A DNA stretch of 64,000 bases from a virus (lineage: Duplodnaviria > Caudoviricetes): positions 31,653 through 95,652 of the IMG/VR virus record IMGVR_UViG_3300048995_000008. One strand, given 5' to 3'. The notes under the pieces were generated by a model that did not search any database, was not told where the DNA came from, and worked only from the letters and a program-made list of their open reading frames with translations. The position numbers and the translations under genes are program-made. This document shows, piece after piece, positions 16,859 to 25,900 of this stretch (position 1 is its first letter; each line of letters opens with the position of its first letter).

Positions 16859-17157
16859 CAGCCGTCACGGTCACGCTGCAGAAGTTGTTTGAAGACTTCG
16901 CAGCCCTGACGATGGTAGGCTGGCAGGAGATGTCGCGCGAGGAGATCGAGGCTGACTATGGCATCAGGTTTGAAGAGGTCAGTCCAACTGCACGTGATTT
17001 CGCGCTTGCTGCCGTCACAGACAACGTGACTGCTGTTCGCTACGCGTGGACGCTCGCCAACTCTGTCGAGCTACTTGACGTGCATCTGTTCGTGTTTGAC
17101 GGAGAGAACTGTGCGATAGAGCGACACTATCGGGTGCGCGCGACGGAAACAATCTAG
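16855..17157 (+). CDS. hypothetical protein
   Basis: GTGA-coupled ORF. Confidence 0.55.
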   Translation: MTAVTVTLQKLFEDFAALTMVGWQEMSREEIEADYGIRFEEVSPTARDFALAAVTDNVTAVRYAWTLANSVELLDVHLFVFDGENCAIERHYRVRATETI

Positions 17158-17171
17158 CAGAAGAAGGGACT

Positions 17172-17396
17172 ATGAAGAAGACTGAAAGACCGACTGCAGC
17201 GCCAGCTGCGCCTCGTCACGAGTATCACAGCGACGGACTGCATCGCATCGTCGCCGGTGCGCTCAGCAGTGACTGGTTTCGGTATCAGCAGGTCGCCGTG
17301 CTGAAGACACCCACCAGTGTTCTGCACGCGTGCACTGACTACTACCACGGTAGTCTGCCGACCAACGCTGTGTTCACCATACAGGAGATACTGTGA
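17172..17396 (+). CDS. hypothetical protein
   Basis: RBS and coupling to the next gene. Confidence 0.5.
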   Translation: MKKTERPTAAPAAPRHEYHSDGLHRIVAGALSSDWFRYQQVAVLKTPTSVLHACTDYYHGSLPTNAVFTIQEIL

Positions 17397-17710
17397 GCGC
17401 TACATCGTCGAACAAGACGACTAGAGCTGTCTCTGGTCGACAGAAGTCAGCCGGACGTGCTCTGCAGACGTGTCGGCCGATGTCACAGGCCGAGTGCGAC
17501 GCCAAGGGCTACGGTCTGGGGCTGGCGTACGGCATGGGCGCGAAGAAACGCAGGGCACACGTCACTCGCACCAAGTCTCGACGCATCGGCCGGCGAGCGT
17601 CGTGGCTGCGTGACGCTGCGGTGCTGCTGTACACGCAGGGTGATCCAGCTGAGCACCCACTTCGCTCATTGGTCAAGGTTACGACCTACGGCCCTGCTCT
17701 GTTCAGATGA
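17393..17710 (+). CDS. basic hypothetical protein containing a PolA motif-B-like segment
   Basis: AGGAG RBS; AKGYGLGLAYGMGAKK; ATGA overlap with the ligase. Confidence 0.55.
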   Translation: MSATSSNKTTRAVSGRQKSAGRALQTCRPMSQAECDAKGYGLGLAYGMGAKKRRAHVTRTKSRRIGRRASWLRDAAVLLYTQGDPAEHPLRSLVKVTTYGPALFR

Positions 17711-18771
17711 TGGAGCTGCGCCAGCTGGAACCCGCTCGTGCGCGCCACAGGGACCCATCGAGCCTGTGGGGTCATCCGATGTGGAAACTCGAGCGCAAGC
17801 TGAATGGGTGGCGATTTCTCATGCACTTCGGGCGAGACCTGGAGCGCACGTATCTCACCGGGCGCAGGGTCAGCGAGCGCACTGGTGTGTACAGCGAGAA
17901 GGGGTTGCTGGTGCCGCAGCTGTGGGTCACCAGGTTGTCTCCACCTCATATTGCCATTCTTGTCGTTGAACCAACGACACACGCGATCTGTGCTCTGCAG
18001 GCGAGTTTTCGACCAGACGTTGGCTACACTGTCCTCGACGGTGAGATCATGCCTCCACCCGGGTGTGGCTTTCGCGACGTTGCCTCATTCATGAACAGCG
18101 ACTACCGCCAGGTGCAGGCGACGATCGCGAAGTGGGGATCACCGTCCTTTCATGCGTTCGACATACTGTTCGCCGACGGGCAGGACCTGCGGGAGCAGGC
18201 GATGCTCGACCGTAGACAGGCACTGCTCGCGACGATAGCTGGTGTCAGCAATCGACACGTCATGCTCGTTCCGCAGCTGTCGCCACAGCAGCTCACGTAC
18301 GATGAGATCGTCGCCAATGGCGGCGAGGGTGTCGTGCTCAAGCGAATCGACGCACCGTATGGCGAGAGCGGTGCGTGGATCAAGGTGAAGCGCGTCTCGA
18401 CGCTGGACGTCGTCGTGACAGGGTTCACTGCAGGGAAGGGAAAGTACTCAGGTCAGGTGGGCGCTGTCAAGGTCTCAGTATACTCATCATCAGGTGAGCT
18501 GCTCGAGATCGCGCAGGTCAGTGGAATGAGCGACACAGTGCGACAGCAGATCACCGACCATCAGAGCGACTGGCTCGGTAGAGTCGTCGAGATAGAAGCG
18601 CAGGAGTGGGGTAGAGACAGGCTGCTACACCCACGCTTCGTGCGCGAGAGACCAGACAGCGATGCGCGAGCGTGCACGTTCGACAAGATGACACAGGACC
18701 TCGGACGTGGCGTCGAGGAGAAAGCAGTCGTCGCAGCGACTGCGCGAGAGCAGACGGAGCTGAAGCTGTGA
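17707..18771 (+). CDS. lig: ATP-dependent DNA ligase
   Basis: Motif I ERKLNGWR, III LDGEI, IIIa FDIL, IV EGVVLK, V WIKVK, OB domain ending HPRF.RER.D. Confidence 0.94.
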   Translation: MMELRQLEPARARHRDPSSLWGHPMWKLERKLNGWRFLMHFGRDLERTYLTGRRVSERTGVYSEKGLLVPQLWVTRLSPPHIAILVVEPTTHAICALQASFRPDVGYTVLDGEIMPPPGCGFRDVASFMNSDYRQVQATIAKWGSPSFHAFDILFADGQDLREQAMLDRRQALLATIAGVSNRHVMLVPQLSPQQLTYDEIVANGGEGVVLKRIDAPYGESGAWIKVKRVSTLDVVVTGFTAGKGKYSGQVGAVKVSVYSSSGELLEIAQVSGMSDTVRQQITDHQSDWLGRVVEIEAQEWGRDRLLHPRFVRERPDSDARACTFDKMTQDLGRGVEEKAVVAATAREQTELKL

Positions 18772-19076
18772 CTACGCTGTACCAGTTGGCGTGTAGTCTC
18801 TGCTACTCGAAGTATGAGAAAGAGACGACGTACCAGCCGAGTCATCAGCCACACAGCTTCTGCGAGCCATGTCTAAATGAAGCCATGTCTCGGTGGAACG
18901 GCATCGCGCGACTAGTCTACGAAGCTGTAGCGCGCGCTGAACGCGCAGAGACAGAGCTGCGCAATGTTGAAGATGTTCTGCGACGTGCTGCGCCCGCCGG
19001 ATGCCTGTCAAGCACCACTGAGAACTCTGTCGTCATGGCGATGCGCGTCGTCTCAGAGCTGAGAAGAGGAGGCTAG
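18768..19076 (+). CDS. hypothetical protein with CxxC...CxxC
   Basis: GTGA-coupled; CSLC/CEPC. Confidence 0.5.
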   Translation: MTTLYQLACSLCYSKYEKETTYQPSHQPHSFCEPCLNEAMSRWNGIARLVYEAVARAERAETELRNVEDVLRRAAPAGCLSSTTENSVVMAMRVVSELRRGG

Positions 19077-19080
19077 TGAG

Positions 19081-19311
19081 ATGAACTATGCGGTCGGCTC
19101 GGTTCGTTTCACACTGCTGCTGCAGATCGCAGACGTCGAGGTGCTGTGCTCTGATGGCGAGTGGGCGATTGTCGGTATGGTGAAAATCACGCCAGACGGT
19201 CTGGCAGACTTCGTCGCTGGTGACGCTTCATGTCAGCACAGCGGCACCATCTACGACGTGATGCAGTGGCTCAATTCAGTCGGTGCGTCTCTACGCACGG
19301 ACGACCAGTGA
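19081..19311 (+). CDS. hypothetical protein
   Basis: GGAGG RBS. Confidence 0.5.
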   Translation: MNYAVGSVRFTLLLQIADVEVLCSDGEWAIVGMVKITPDGLADFVAGDASCQHSGTIYDVMQWLNSVGASLRTDDQ

Positions 19312-19697
19312 TCACACCCGGGTGTGCCACTGGTGTGCCACGCTTCGTTGCTGTGGCGAAGCTAAGGCCAGCTGCGCCAGTCGCAGCGCCAGTGCGCATC
19401 CGCAGCCTGTGCGACTGCGGCGCGTCGTGCGCGAAACGCACCGACAGCGTCTGCGCGCGCTGCAAGTTCCTGGACGGTAGCGGACACACAGACGGCCTAG
19501 TCGTGAGCATGCTGCGCGATGTGCGTCGGCTCACGCTGACAGAGCTCGTCACAGAGCTGCAGATGGACGCGCGCAGCGCGCACCGCGTGCTGTCGCGCAT
19601 GGTCTCGCGCGGTAGACTAAAGCGCGTGTTGCTGGACGTCGACATGCCGCGCGAAGGCGGTGTGAGCACGCGTTGGGAGTACCAGCTGTGCGGCTAG
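19308..19697 (+). CDS. Zn-finger plus winged-HTH DNA-binding protein
   Basis: CDC...CARC then LTLTEL..EL.MD..S.HRVL.RM...G.L.R. Confidence 0.65.
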   Translation: MITPGCATGVPRFVAVAKLRPAAPVAAPVRIRSLCDCGASCAKRTDSVCARCKFLDGSGHTDGLVVSMLRDVRRLTLTELVTELQMDARSAHRVLSRMVSRGRLKRVLLDVDMPREGGVSTRWEYQLCG

Positions 19698-20098
19698 CGT
19701 CGATTCTCAGCATAGCGGCCACACCACACAAGATCTCGACCAGAGTCGTGCGCGTTCAGGCTCACGTTGTATGACTCGCCTGCGGCGAACATCGTCAGTG
19801 CGCCGGTAGTGAGCTCCTTAGGGAACCATCGGTCGGGGATGAGAGCCATTGCCCACACAGCGGCAATCGTGGTGACGCCTGCCGTGATCAGGATGGTGTT
19901 GCTGGGATGCGGACCGACGATGGGGTTGTACTCTTCGACGTTTGGGTCCATGAGAGCCCGGTGGGTCTGTCCCACGTCGCACGCTATCGCAGCCGTAAGC
20001 TCGATGGCCAGCGCGACGTTGAGGCGACTGTGCGCGGCCTGTGACATGCAGCTGCTCGTCAGAGCGGCTGAGACTACAATCTCAATCATCCGAGCCAT
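19694..20098 (-). CDS. putative lipoprotein/membrane protein
   Basis: N-terminal hydrophobic stretch ending LTSSC, D..QT...E.NP..G motif, hydrophobic helices; opposite strand to the operon. Confidence 0.55.
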   Translation of the reverse strand: MARMIEIVVSAALTSSCMSQAAHSRLNVALAIELTAAIACDVGQTHRALMDPNVEEYNPIVGPHPSNTILITAGVTTIAAVWAMALIPDRWFPKELTTGALTMFAAGESYNVSLNAHDSGRDLVWCGRYAENRR

Positions 20099-20433
20099 AG
20101 GTTACTTCCTGCCTGTGCCAGAAGCCCGTTTCGCGTCCAGGAGCGAATCATCCGACAGATGCTGGACTTCTGAGCCTCAGCCCACTCGACTGTCGACGCG
20201 AGACCAGTCGGAGACTTAAGATGGTTACGTGCGAGGATGTTGATCGCGTCGAGTCGTGCCTCGTCTGACTCGTACGCTTTGACGATGGTGCTGTAGCGAG
20301 CACTGACAGAACCGTCTCTCTCGACGCATAGAAAGGTGACCCTAAACGATTTCAGACGCATCCTAATTCTCCTTAGCACGTGGTGCGGTACGGTGCAAGC
20401 TCGTTGATAAATTAAGCAATCCTCGCGCCGCAC
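20086..20433 (-). CDS. hypothetical protein
   Basis: ORF upstream of the membrane protein; start uncertain. Confidence 0.4.
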   Translation of the reverse strand: MRREDCLIYQRACTVPHHVLRRIRMRLKSFRVTFLCVERDGSVSARYSTIVKAYESDEARLDAINILARNHLKSPTGLASTVEWAEAQKSSICRMIRSWTRNGLLAQAGSNLWLG

Positions 20434-20727
20434 TCAATCTGCGCGCAACCGCAGGCTTTCATAGAACATGCGCTTAGCCTGTACTGAGCGCTAGCGCACA
20501 GTCTTCGCAAGCGGCACTACAAAGTATCACTCTATCCTAGCGTATTCACAGGACCTAGCCGCGACGCGTCAATACTGAGCGCTGTCGCTCACTGAGGCGC
20601 CAGCGCACGGTACGCGGCGACGTGAGAACAACAGTTTAGCGAGTCGCAGCCGCGCCGCTAGACGCGAAACCAGCACTTGCGCGGCTTCTTCGCCGCGGCA
20701 TGCAGCATGCATTTCAGGTTCTGCGTC

Positions 20728-20761
20728 GGGCGGGCAGGGCGGGCAGGGCGGGTAGGGCGGG
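20728..20761 (+). repeat. (GGGCGGGYA)n repeat with eight G3 tracts (G-quadruplex-capable)
   Basis: GGGCGGGCAGGGCGGGCAGGGCGGGTAGGGCGGG in the largest non-coding gap. Confidence 0.8.
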
Positions 20762-20929
20762 CACTGAAAACTGAAGAGACCTACCAGTAGTGACTGAGCG
20801 ACCCCGAGCGTTACGCCCCAATGGGCGGACTAGTACGGGACACCGCGAAGGCAGGTAGGCGGACCCGACGGGTCATCTGTAGTCTGAGAGAAGACAGCCA
20901 GCGGTGCTGGCAGGTTTCTCTGAGACTAC

Positions 20930-20955
20930 TTGCGCAGCGCCAGCGCTGCTACAAT
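20930..20955 (+). promoter_or_regulatory. early-type promoter motif (short-spacer variant)
   Basis: TTGCGC-N14-TACAAT with TGC extension, then AAGGAG. Confidence 0.45.
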
Positions 20956-20976
20956 TCCTCTACAAGGAGAACGACA

Positions 20977-21219
20977 GTGAACAACAAGAGTGATGACGAC
21001 AAGGTGATGCAGGCTGCAGTACAGGTTGCAAAGGCAGTGTACGAGGCCATCAAGGAGTTCGGCCCGGACGGAGTGCCGAGTGGGCACCTGTACGCTGCAG
21101 TGAGCAGCGTGTTCTCCAGCCTGGAGACGTATGAGAGCATGATCGACATGCTGGTGCGCAGCAGGATGGTACGGCGTACGAGTAATCACTGTCTGGTAGC
21201 AGTTACTGGCGAGGGTTAA
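20977..21219 (+). CDS. small winged-helix-like hypothetical protein
   Basis: AAGGAG RBS plus GTG; G.PSGHLYA motif. Confidence 0.6.
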   Translation: MNNKSDDDKVMQAAVQVAKAVYEAIKEFGPDGVPSGHLYAAVSSVFSSLETYESMIDMLVRSRMVRRTSNHCLVAVTGEG

Positions 21220-21261
21220 GGCCAGTGCGTTCGCCTACTTGGCGAGGTCCCTCAAATTCTC

Positions 21262-21290
21262 TTGCGCAACGTCTTCGGCGTTGCTATCAA
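21262..21290 (+). promoter_or_regulatory. early-type promoter
   Basis: TTGCGC-N17-TATCAA with extended TGn -10. Confidence 0.55.
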
Positions 21291-21299
21291 GGAGTCACA

Positions 21300-21620
21300 A
21301 TGAAGAACGTCATCCGCGACACCACCACCCTTCTGGCCCTTGCCACTCTCGCCGACGCAGCGACCCGCACCGTGCGCAAGGTCGGCCAGACCCTGCGGTA
21401 CAAGACCACGCTGCCGAGCGTGACCAGCACCGACGCCCAGACTGCTGCTGTGCACGACGCCATCTGGGCGCTGGCGCAGGCGGGGAGGTGCGTTCGCCTG
21501 TACGAGGGTACGGTCATCATGACCCCTGTTCTCGCCGCAGACGGCGCGCGCAGCTGGGACACCCGGGTGTCCCGTCTCGACCGCACCTTGAGCGGTGCGG
21601 TGGTGGAGGTGCGGCTGTGA
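21300..21620 (+). CDS. hypothetical early protein
   Basis: AAGGAG RBS plus ATG. Confidence 0.65.
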   Translation: MKNVIRDTTTLLALATLADAATRTVRKVGQTLRYKTTLPSVTSTDAQTAAVHDAIWALAQAGRCVRLYEGTVIMTPVLAADGARSWDTRVSRLDRTLSGAVVEVRL

Positions 21621-21979
21621 TAGACACCTGCGGCAGTTGCGGCTGTGAAGCAAGGCGTTGTGCGTGTGTGGTCCCCACCTCGCGCGTCTACGCAGCCGCG
21701 AAAGGCGCGGTTATACCGCGCAGTGACGTCACCAGCATGGCGAGGGAACTCCTCGCTGTTCGCGCTGAGCGCACCAACGACGCCCATCGCGAGCAGCTGG
21801 ACCAGGCTACCGCCACCGTTGCGCGCTCTCTGGCGCGGCAGTTCCTGCTGAAGGTTGCGAGCATCACGCTCACCGCTGACCAGCAGCATCAGCCTGACGA
21901 CCAGCAGCTGTCCGCCTTCTTCGAGGACCTCGCCCGCAATGCTGTAGGCGGTATTCAGGAGCTGATCGCCCGTGAGTGA
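21617..21979 (+). CDS. hypothetical protein with N-terminal Cys cluster
   Basis: GGAGG RBS, GTGA overlap. Confidence 0.55.
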   Translation: MIDTCGSCGCEARRCACVVPTSRVYAAAKGAVIPRSDVTSMARELLAVRAERTNDAHREQLDQATATVARSLARQFLLKVASITLTADQQHQPDDQQLSAFFEDLARNAVGGIQELIARE

Positions 21980-22347
21980 CGTCACGCGACAGGAGCTCGA
22001 GCTTCTGCATTCCTGCACTGCCAGCGTCGACGTTCGTCTCGATTGTGACCACGCGCTGCGTGGTGACGAGACAGCGCTGGCGCGCTGTGCGGAGATACTG
22101 CGGCGCGCCAGGCCGAGCGGCGTACCGCTTCGAGGTGAGCGGTGACACCGCTGTTTCGGCGTCGTACATTCTGGTACGGCGCGCCGCGCGACGCACACGC
22201 CGCGCGCGTCCTGGTGATACGCACGATGCGCGGCGTGTGGGGAGAATTCTGGTGCGTGAGCGGAGCTCTGCATGCCGGGGAGGGTTAGGCCCGGCGCGTC
22301 TGGCTGCGGTGCGCTGCGCACCCACACACAGCCAGGGTCCCTCGTAG
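21976..22347 (+). CDS. Arg-rich hypothetical protein
   Basis: GTGA overlap. Confidence 0.4.
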   Translation: MTSRDRSSSFCIPALPASTFVSIVTTRCVVTRQRWRAVRRYCGAPGRAAYRFEVSGDTAVSASYILVRRAARRTRRARPGDTHDARRVGRILVRERSSACRGGLGPARLAAVRCAPTHSQGPS

Positions 22348-22361
22348 ACAAGGACGATTTC

Positions 22362-23180
22362 ATGCAACAGTCGACGAAAAGTGTTGCGCCCGGCGCGGCG
22401 CGGGGTTACGCTGTTTCTGCCTGGACCTGCACTGCGCAGGTCCCGGACGCCCGCGGCAATCGCCGCGTGGCGTGCGAAGCGAGTAACCCGTCACAGTCAG
22501 ATCGATGCGCCGCGTGCGGCGCCCCACGTACCGACAGGAGAGATAACAACATGGCGACACCGAACAAGCCGAACAAGTCAGCTACCACTACCACGACTGC
22601 CGCCGCTGCCCCGAACAAGCCAGCGACGCCCGAGAAGGCGACCGTCGCTGCGACAACCGACCAGGAGCGGAACGGACCGCCGTTCGCCAGGCCAGACGCG
22701 GCGAAGACGTCAGCTGTCGCGACCCCCGACAAGCCTGTTGCGCCGGTCAGCGCGGTCGCCACGACGCCGGCGAAGCCCGACCCGGCCGACCCGGCGACCT
22801 ACAAGGGTCTGCCGCGGCTGCGGTTCTACTCGGTTGAACCAGGTAAGGAGGACTACTGTGTCCGGATCCTGCCGATCTTCTTGGACAAGTACGGTCCTCC
22901 GAAGGACCCGTGGGGCAACACGATGGCCCTGCGCCCCAAGCAGCTGGCCGAGATTGGCGGTGACGGAAAGCCCGCGAAGGTCCGTCGTATCGAGGCCAAG
23001 GAGGCGGAGGCGAAGCTGCTGGCGTCTATGACTGATGCCGAGAAGCTTATCTACGCCAAGAGCAAGCGGGAGGCGAACCAGGCCGCGCGTGAGGCCAAGG
23101 TCGCTGCGCAGAAGGCCGCACTGATGGCCGAGCTCCGCAAGGAGCTGGAGGGACAGGGTCTCAAGATCGTCCAGGCGTAG
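22362..23180 (+). CDS. RanBP2-like Zn-ribbon plus Ala/Lys/Pro-rich histone-like protein; internal start at 22551
   Basis: WTC..C...N......C..CGAPR, then AGGAGA RBS and MATPNKPNK; AKP-rich low complexity. Confidence 0.6.
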   Translation: MQQSTKSVAPGAARGYAVSAWTCTAQVPDARGNRRVACEASNPSQSDRCAACGAPRTDRRDNNMATPNKPNKSATTTTTAAAAPNKPATPEKATVAATTDQERNGPPFARPDAAKTSAVATPDKPVAPVSAVATTPAKPDPADPATYKGLPRLRFYSVEPGKEDYCVRILPIFLDKYGPPKDPWGNTMALRPKQLAEIGGDGKPAKVRRIEAKEAEAKLLASMTDAEKLIYAKSKREANQAAREAKVAAQKAALMAELRKELEGQGLKIVQA

Positions 23181-23225
23181 TCTGGATGGCTGACAGGGGT
23201 TAGGGTCAGCGCGTTCGCCTGACAG

Positions 23226-24044
23226 GTGACTGGTCAGGCGAGGTCCCCACAAGCAAGGAGCCACACGCATGCGGATTATCCTGACGGACGGTACGAGTCA
23301 GCAGCAAGTCAAGTCGGTAACGGCGTAGTCAACGCCGGTGTCGTCGAGTATCACGGACGATACTACGTATATCGGAGCAATAAGACGCCCGCATCGGATA
23401 CGCCAACCTTCGAGATGGTCCACTGCCACAGCGTGAGTATGGAGGCAACACACGAGCAGGACGATGCACCTGACCGTGACGTCAACTTCGGCGATGCGCA
23501 ACTCAACGTCAGTGACCTGCTCGCGGCGCTGTCTCGCTGTGAGATCACTCACAGCGAGACAGATGCCGATATCGCGCGAGAGTGCGCCGCGACAGCAAGA
23601 CGCTCTGTGGAGCGAGTTCTCAACATCGCACCTCAGATGCCACACCAGGACGCTGTCGCTCGTCTTCTCTACCACTCGTGGGCTGACGTCGGCATGCGCG
23701 TCGGACTGCCGAGCTACGAGCACCTGACCGCTAGCGAGCGAGGCTTCGTCAGTGCAGCGAAGATGACGGACATCGCTGGATGGATTGCGAGACAGGTGAC
23801 AGTGTACTGTATTCGCGTATGTATCTCGGGACCGAACCAAGTCTACGGGTGGTTGCACGCTGGTAGCGATCTTGACGCGGTGGAGATCGATGACAACGCT
23901 ACTGCGCCGTCTCAAGCTAGTGCAGTCAAGCGTATTCTCTCCTGGCCGACATGCGAGCTAGCGCAGCGCTACTGCGACAAGCTTGTCCCAGGTGAGATCT
24001 GCGAGCTGACCGTCGAACAGCTGTGGGTCGCGTGTCGTGCGTAG
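23226..24044 (+). CDS. hypothetical protein
   Basis: Long ORF; start uncertain. Confidence 0.5.
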   Translation: MTGQARSPQARSHTHADYPDGRYESAASQVGNGVVNAGVVEYHGRYYVYRSNKTPASDTPTFEMVHCHSVSMEATHEQDDAPDRDVNFGDAQLNVSDLLAALSRCEITHSETDADIARECAATARRSVERVLNIAPQMPHQDAVARLLYHSWADVGMRVGLPSYEHLTASERGFVSAAKMTDIAGWIARQVTVYCIRVCISGPNQVYGWLHAGSDLDAVEIDDNATAPSQASAVKRILSWPTCELAQRYCDKLVPGEICELTVEQLWVACRA

Positions 24045-24276
24045 AACCGCCTACGAGATAGTGCGCGACGCCGACATCGCTCACGCTGCCTCGCTAGCCA
24101 GTCACGGCCTGGTCGAGATGGCGCGAGAGCTTCTGCGGCGATACCCGGGTGAGGAGCTACCACAGTGCGTTGCAGAGGTTCGCGTCAGCGTGCCGCGCGT
24201 CCTTACACCGGTGCGACGCGCCTCGCCAGCTGTCGCGCCAGCGCGCGCCGGTGCACCCACCGCGCGGCGCCGCTAG
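24037..24276 (+). CDS. hypothetical protein
   Basis: Overlapping ORF in the early cluster. Confidence 0.4.
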   Translation: MRRTAYEIVRDADIAHAASLASHGLVEMARELLRRYPGEELPQCVAEVRVSVPRVLTPVRRASPAVAPARAGAPTARRR

Positions 24277-24436
24277 GCCGCGCCAGCTGGTCCAGGCTGC
24301 GCGTTTGCGGTGCGGGTGGCACCAAGGCAAGGGTGCGACCTGCGGTGCAACCTGGGGCAGCCTGTGCGGCCTGCGGCTAAGTAGGCGTAACTACGCGCCA
24401 CGCAGCAGTGACTGCCTGAGGACCTCAGGCAGTCGC

Positions 24437-24465
24437 TTGCGCTTTTCCACACAAATTGCTAGAGT
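24437..24465 (+). promoter_or_regulatory. early-type promoter
   Basis: TTGCGC-N17-TAGAGT, TGn extension, AAGGAG downstream. Confidence 0.6.
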
Positions 24466-24488
24466 TGTCGCACAAGGAGCAAATCACT

Positions 24489-24686
24489 GTGAAAAGCACC
24501 GACAACCAGAGCCTTTTCGAGCCAGTCTACTACACTGGCGCGGCGCGCCGCGCAGGCTGGTACGTGGCCGACCACCGTCGCGGCCTGACCGATATCTTCG
24601 TCGGCGGGCGTCACGCCACGGCTATCGAGGCACAATCCGAAGCGCGGCGTCTCGAGATCAGCGAGACACGCTTGCGCCGGACGTAG
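24489..24686 (+). CDS. hypothetical early protein
   Basis: AAGGAG RBS plus GTG. Confidence 0.55.
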   Translation: MKSTDNQSLFEPVYYTGAARRAGWYVADHRRGLTDIFVGGRHATAIEAQSEARRLEISETRLRRT

Positions 24687-24700
24687 AGCGATGCTACACC
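24672..24700 (+). promoter_or_regulatory. early-type promoter
   Basis: TTGCGC-N17-TACACC, TGn extension. Confidence 0.5.
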
Positions 24701-24716
24701 AGGAACAGGAAACAAG

Positions 24717-25001
24717 ATGACCTACCAAGTTCAGATCGTCACCAACGAGAACCATGTATTCGACGTCGGCGCGCCGTGCTCCTCGTTAGAGGAGTGCACT
24801 GCACTCGTCGCGCAGACTGAAGAAGCAGCAACCAACCTACAGGAGTGCTGCGACGCACTGCCTGTAGATCTCGCCAGACGCGTGTACGCCGCAGCGCCAG
24901 CCGCTGTGCGTCACTTCGAGGGCTGCACGCCGCACGTCCAGGCTTGCGACGGCAAGCGGTACGTGCTGGCTGACGAGGCGACTTGGGAACTGCTGCCGTG
25001 A
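24717..25001 (+). CDS. hypothetical early protein
   Basis: AGGA RBS; last + strand gene before the strand switch. Confidence 0.6.
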   Translation: MTYQVQIVTNENHVFDVGAPCSSLEECTALVAQTEEAATNLQECCDALPVDLARRVYAAAPAAVRHFEGCTPHVQACDGKRYVLADEATWELLP

Positions 25002-25017
25002 CCTTACTCTAATCAGA

Positions 25018-25260
25018 CTAGGACGCTGTGGCGTCGTCCACGATCTCCTCTACAGAGATCTCCAGCTCTGCGTCTGTCGACGGGTCGTACGCAATCGATG
25101 GTCTCGGTCGCGGATCAGCGTACGCCGACAGCGGCGCGTGCGGGTCGTGCACCGGGTGCGCGCTGCGCGGCGCAGGTCGCTCTCCTGTGCGCTCGCGTCG
25201 AACCTGCTCATGCTCCAGCTGCTGCTGCTGTTCCTGGGTCATCTCTTCAGAGTCACTCAT
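25018..25260 (-). CDS. acidic hypothetical protein
   Basis: Last gene of the late operon; GAGG RBS. Confidence 0.55.
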   Translation of the reverse strand: MSDSEEMTQEQQQQLEHEQVRRERTGERPAPRSAHPVHDPHAPLSAYADPRPRPSIAYDPSTDAELEISVEEIVDDATAS

Positions 25261-25263
25261 GTT

Positions 25264-25674
25264 CTACCTCTCTAGCGCGAATGTCGCGCCTCCTGCGTAC
25301 TTGGCGCGGTAAGACTCGAACGCGATCGTCGCCGTGTCAGCGTCTGCAGAGCGTGCAGCCACCGTCGAAGACGGGGCTGTTGTTCGGTCTGCGACGATAC
25401 GTGCGAACGCACACCCACCGACCGTCAGACCATCAGCCACAGCTGTAGTCACGACCAGAGTCCAGCGGTCTGCCGCGCCACCGTCGACAATTCGTTGTAG
25501 TTTCGCTACCTCTGCGACGATTGCCTCTGTGACAGAGGCGTCCTGCGCAGCACACGCCACCACTGCGTGCGAGATCTCCGTGCGCGTGTTGTGCGTGCAC
25601 GACAGTGTCAGCGTGCACCACAGTGTGGTGAGTAACAGCCGTGTTGTGAGTCGTGTCGTCAGTGCATGTCTCAT
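25264..25674 (-). CDS. putative lipoprotein (spanin-like position)
   Basis: Basic N-terminus, hydrophobic stretch, LTLSC lipobox-like site; ATGA-coupled to the holin. Confidence 0.5.
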   Translation of the reverse strand: MRHALTTRLTTRLLLTTLWCTLTLSCTHNTRTEISHAVVACAAQDASVTEAIVAEVAKLQRIVDGGAADRWTLVVTTAVADGLTVGGCAFARIVADRTTAPSSTVAARSADADTATIAFESYRAKYAGGATFALER

Positions 25675-25886
25675 GATGTCTTCTCCACTTTTGCTATGAT
25701 CGCTGCGCTCTTGCCTGCGTCCGCCACACCCTGCGCGCCGACGTAGGCGAGCAGTGCCCAGTAGACGTGATCGAGTAGTTGCTCGTCTACGCGTAGACCG
25801 AGTCGTCCACCGACATAGACTGCCGTGGCAGTCACTGCTGCGAGAAACTTCTTGCTGCTGATGAGGTCTATCAGAGTCTGCTTCAT
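25671..25886 (-). CDS. putative holin (2 TM)
   Basis: MKQTLIDLISSKKFLAAV...LLAYVGAQGVAD; small phage-holin pattern S.KF...Y..GQG..D. Confidence 0.7.
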   Translation of the reverse strand: MKQTLIDLISSKKFLAAVTATAVYVGGRLGLRVDEQLLDHVYWALLAYVGAQGVADAGKSAAIIAKVEKTS

Positions 25887-25900
25887 CCGTATACACTTTC

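Noticed and set aside
21287-22363. 358-aa minus-strand ORF in the early region
   Set aside because: Overlaps + strand genes that have promoters and RBSs; typical high-GC shadow ORF
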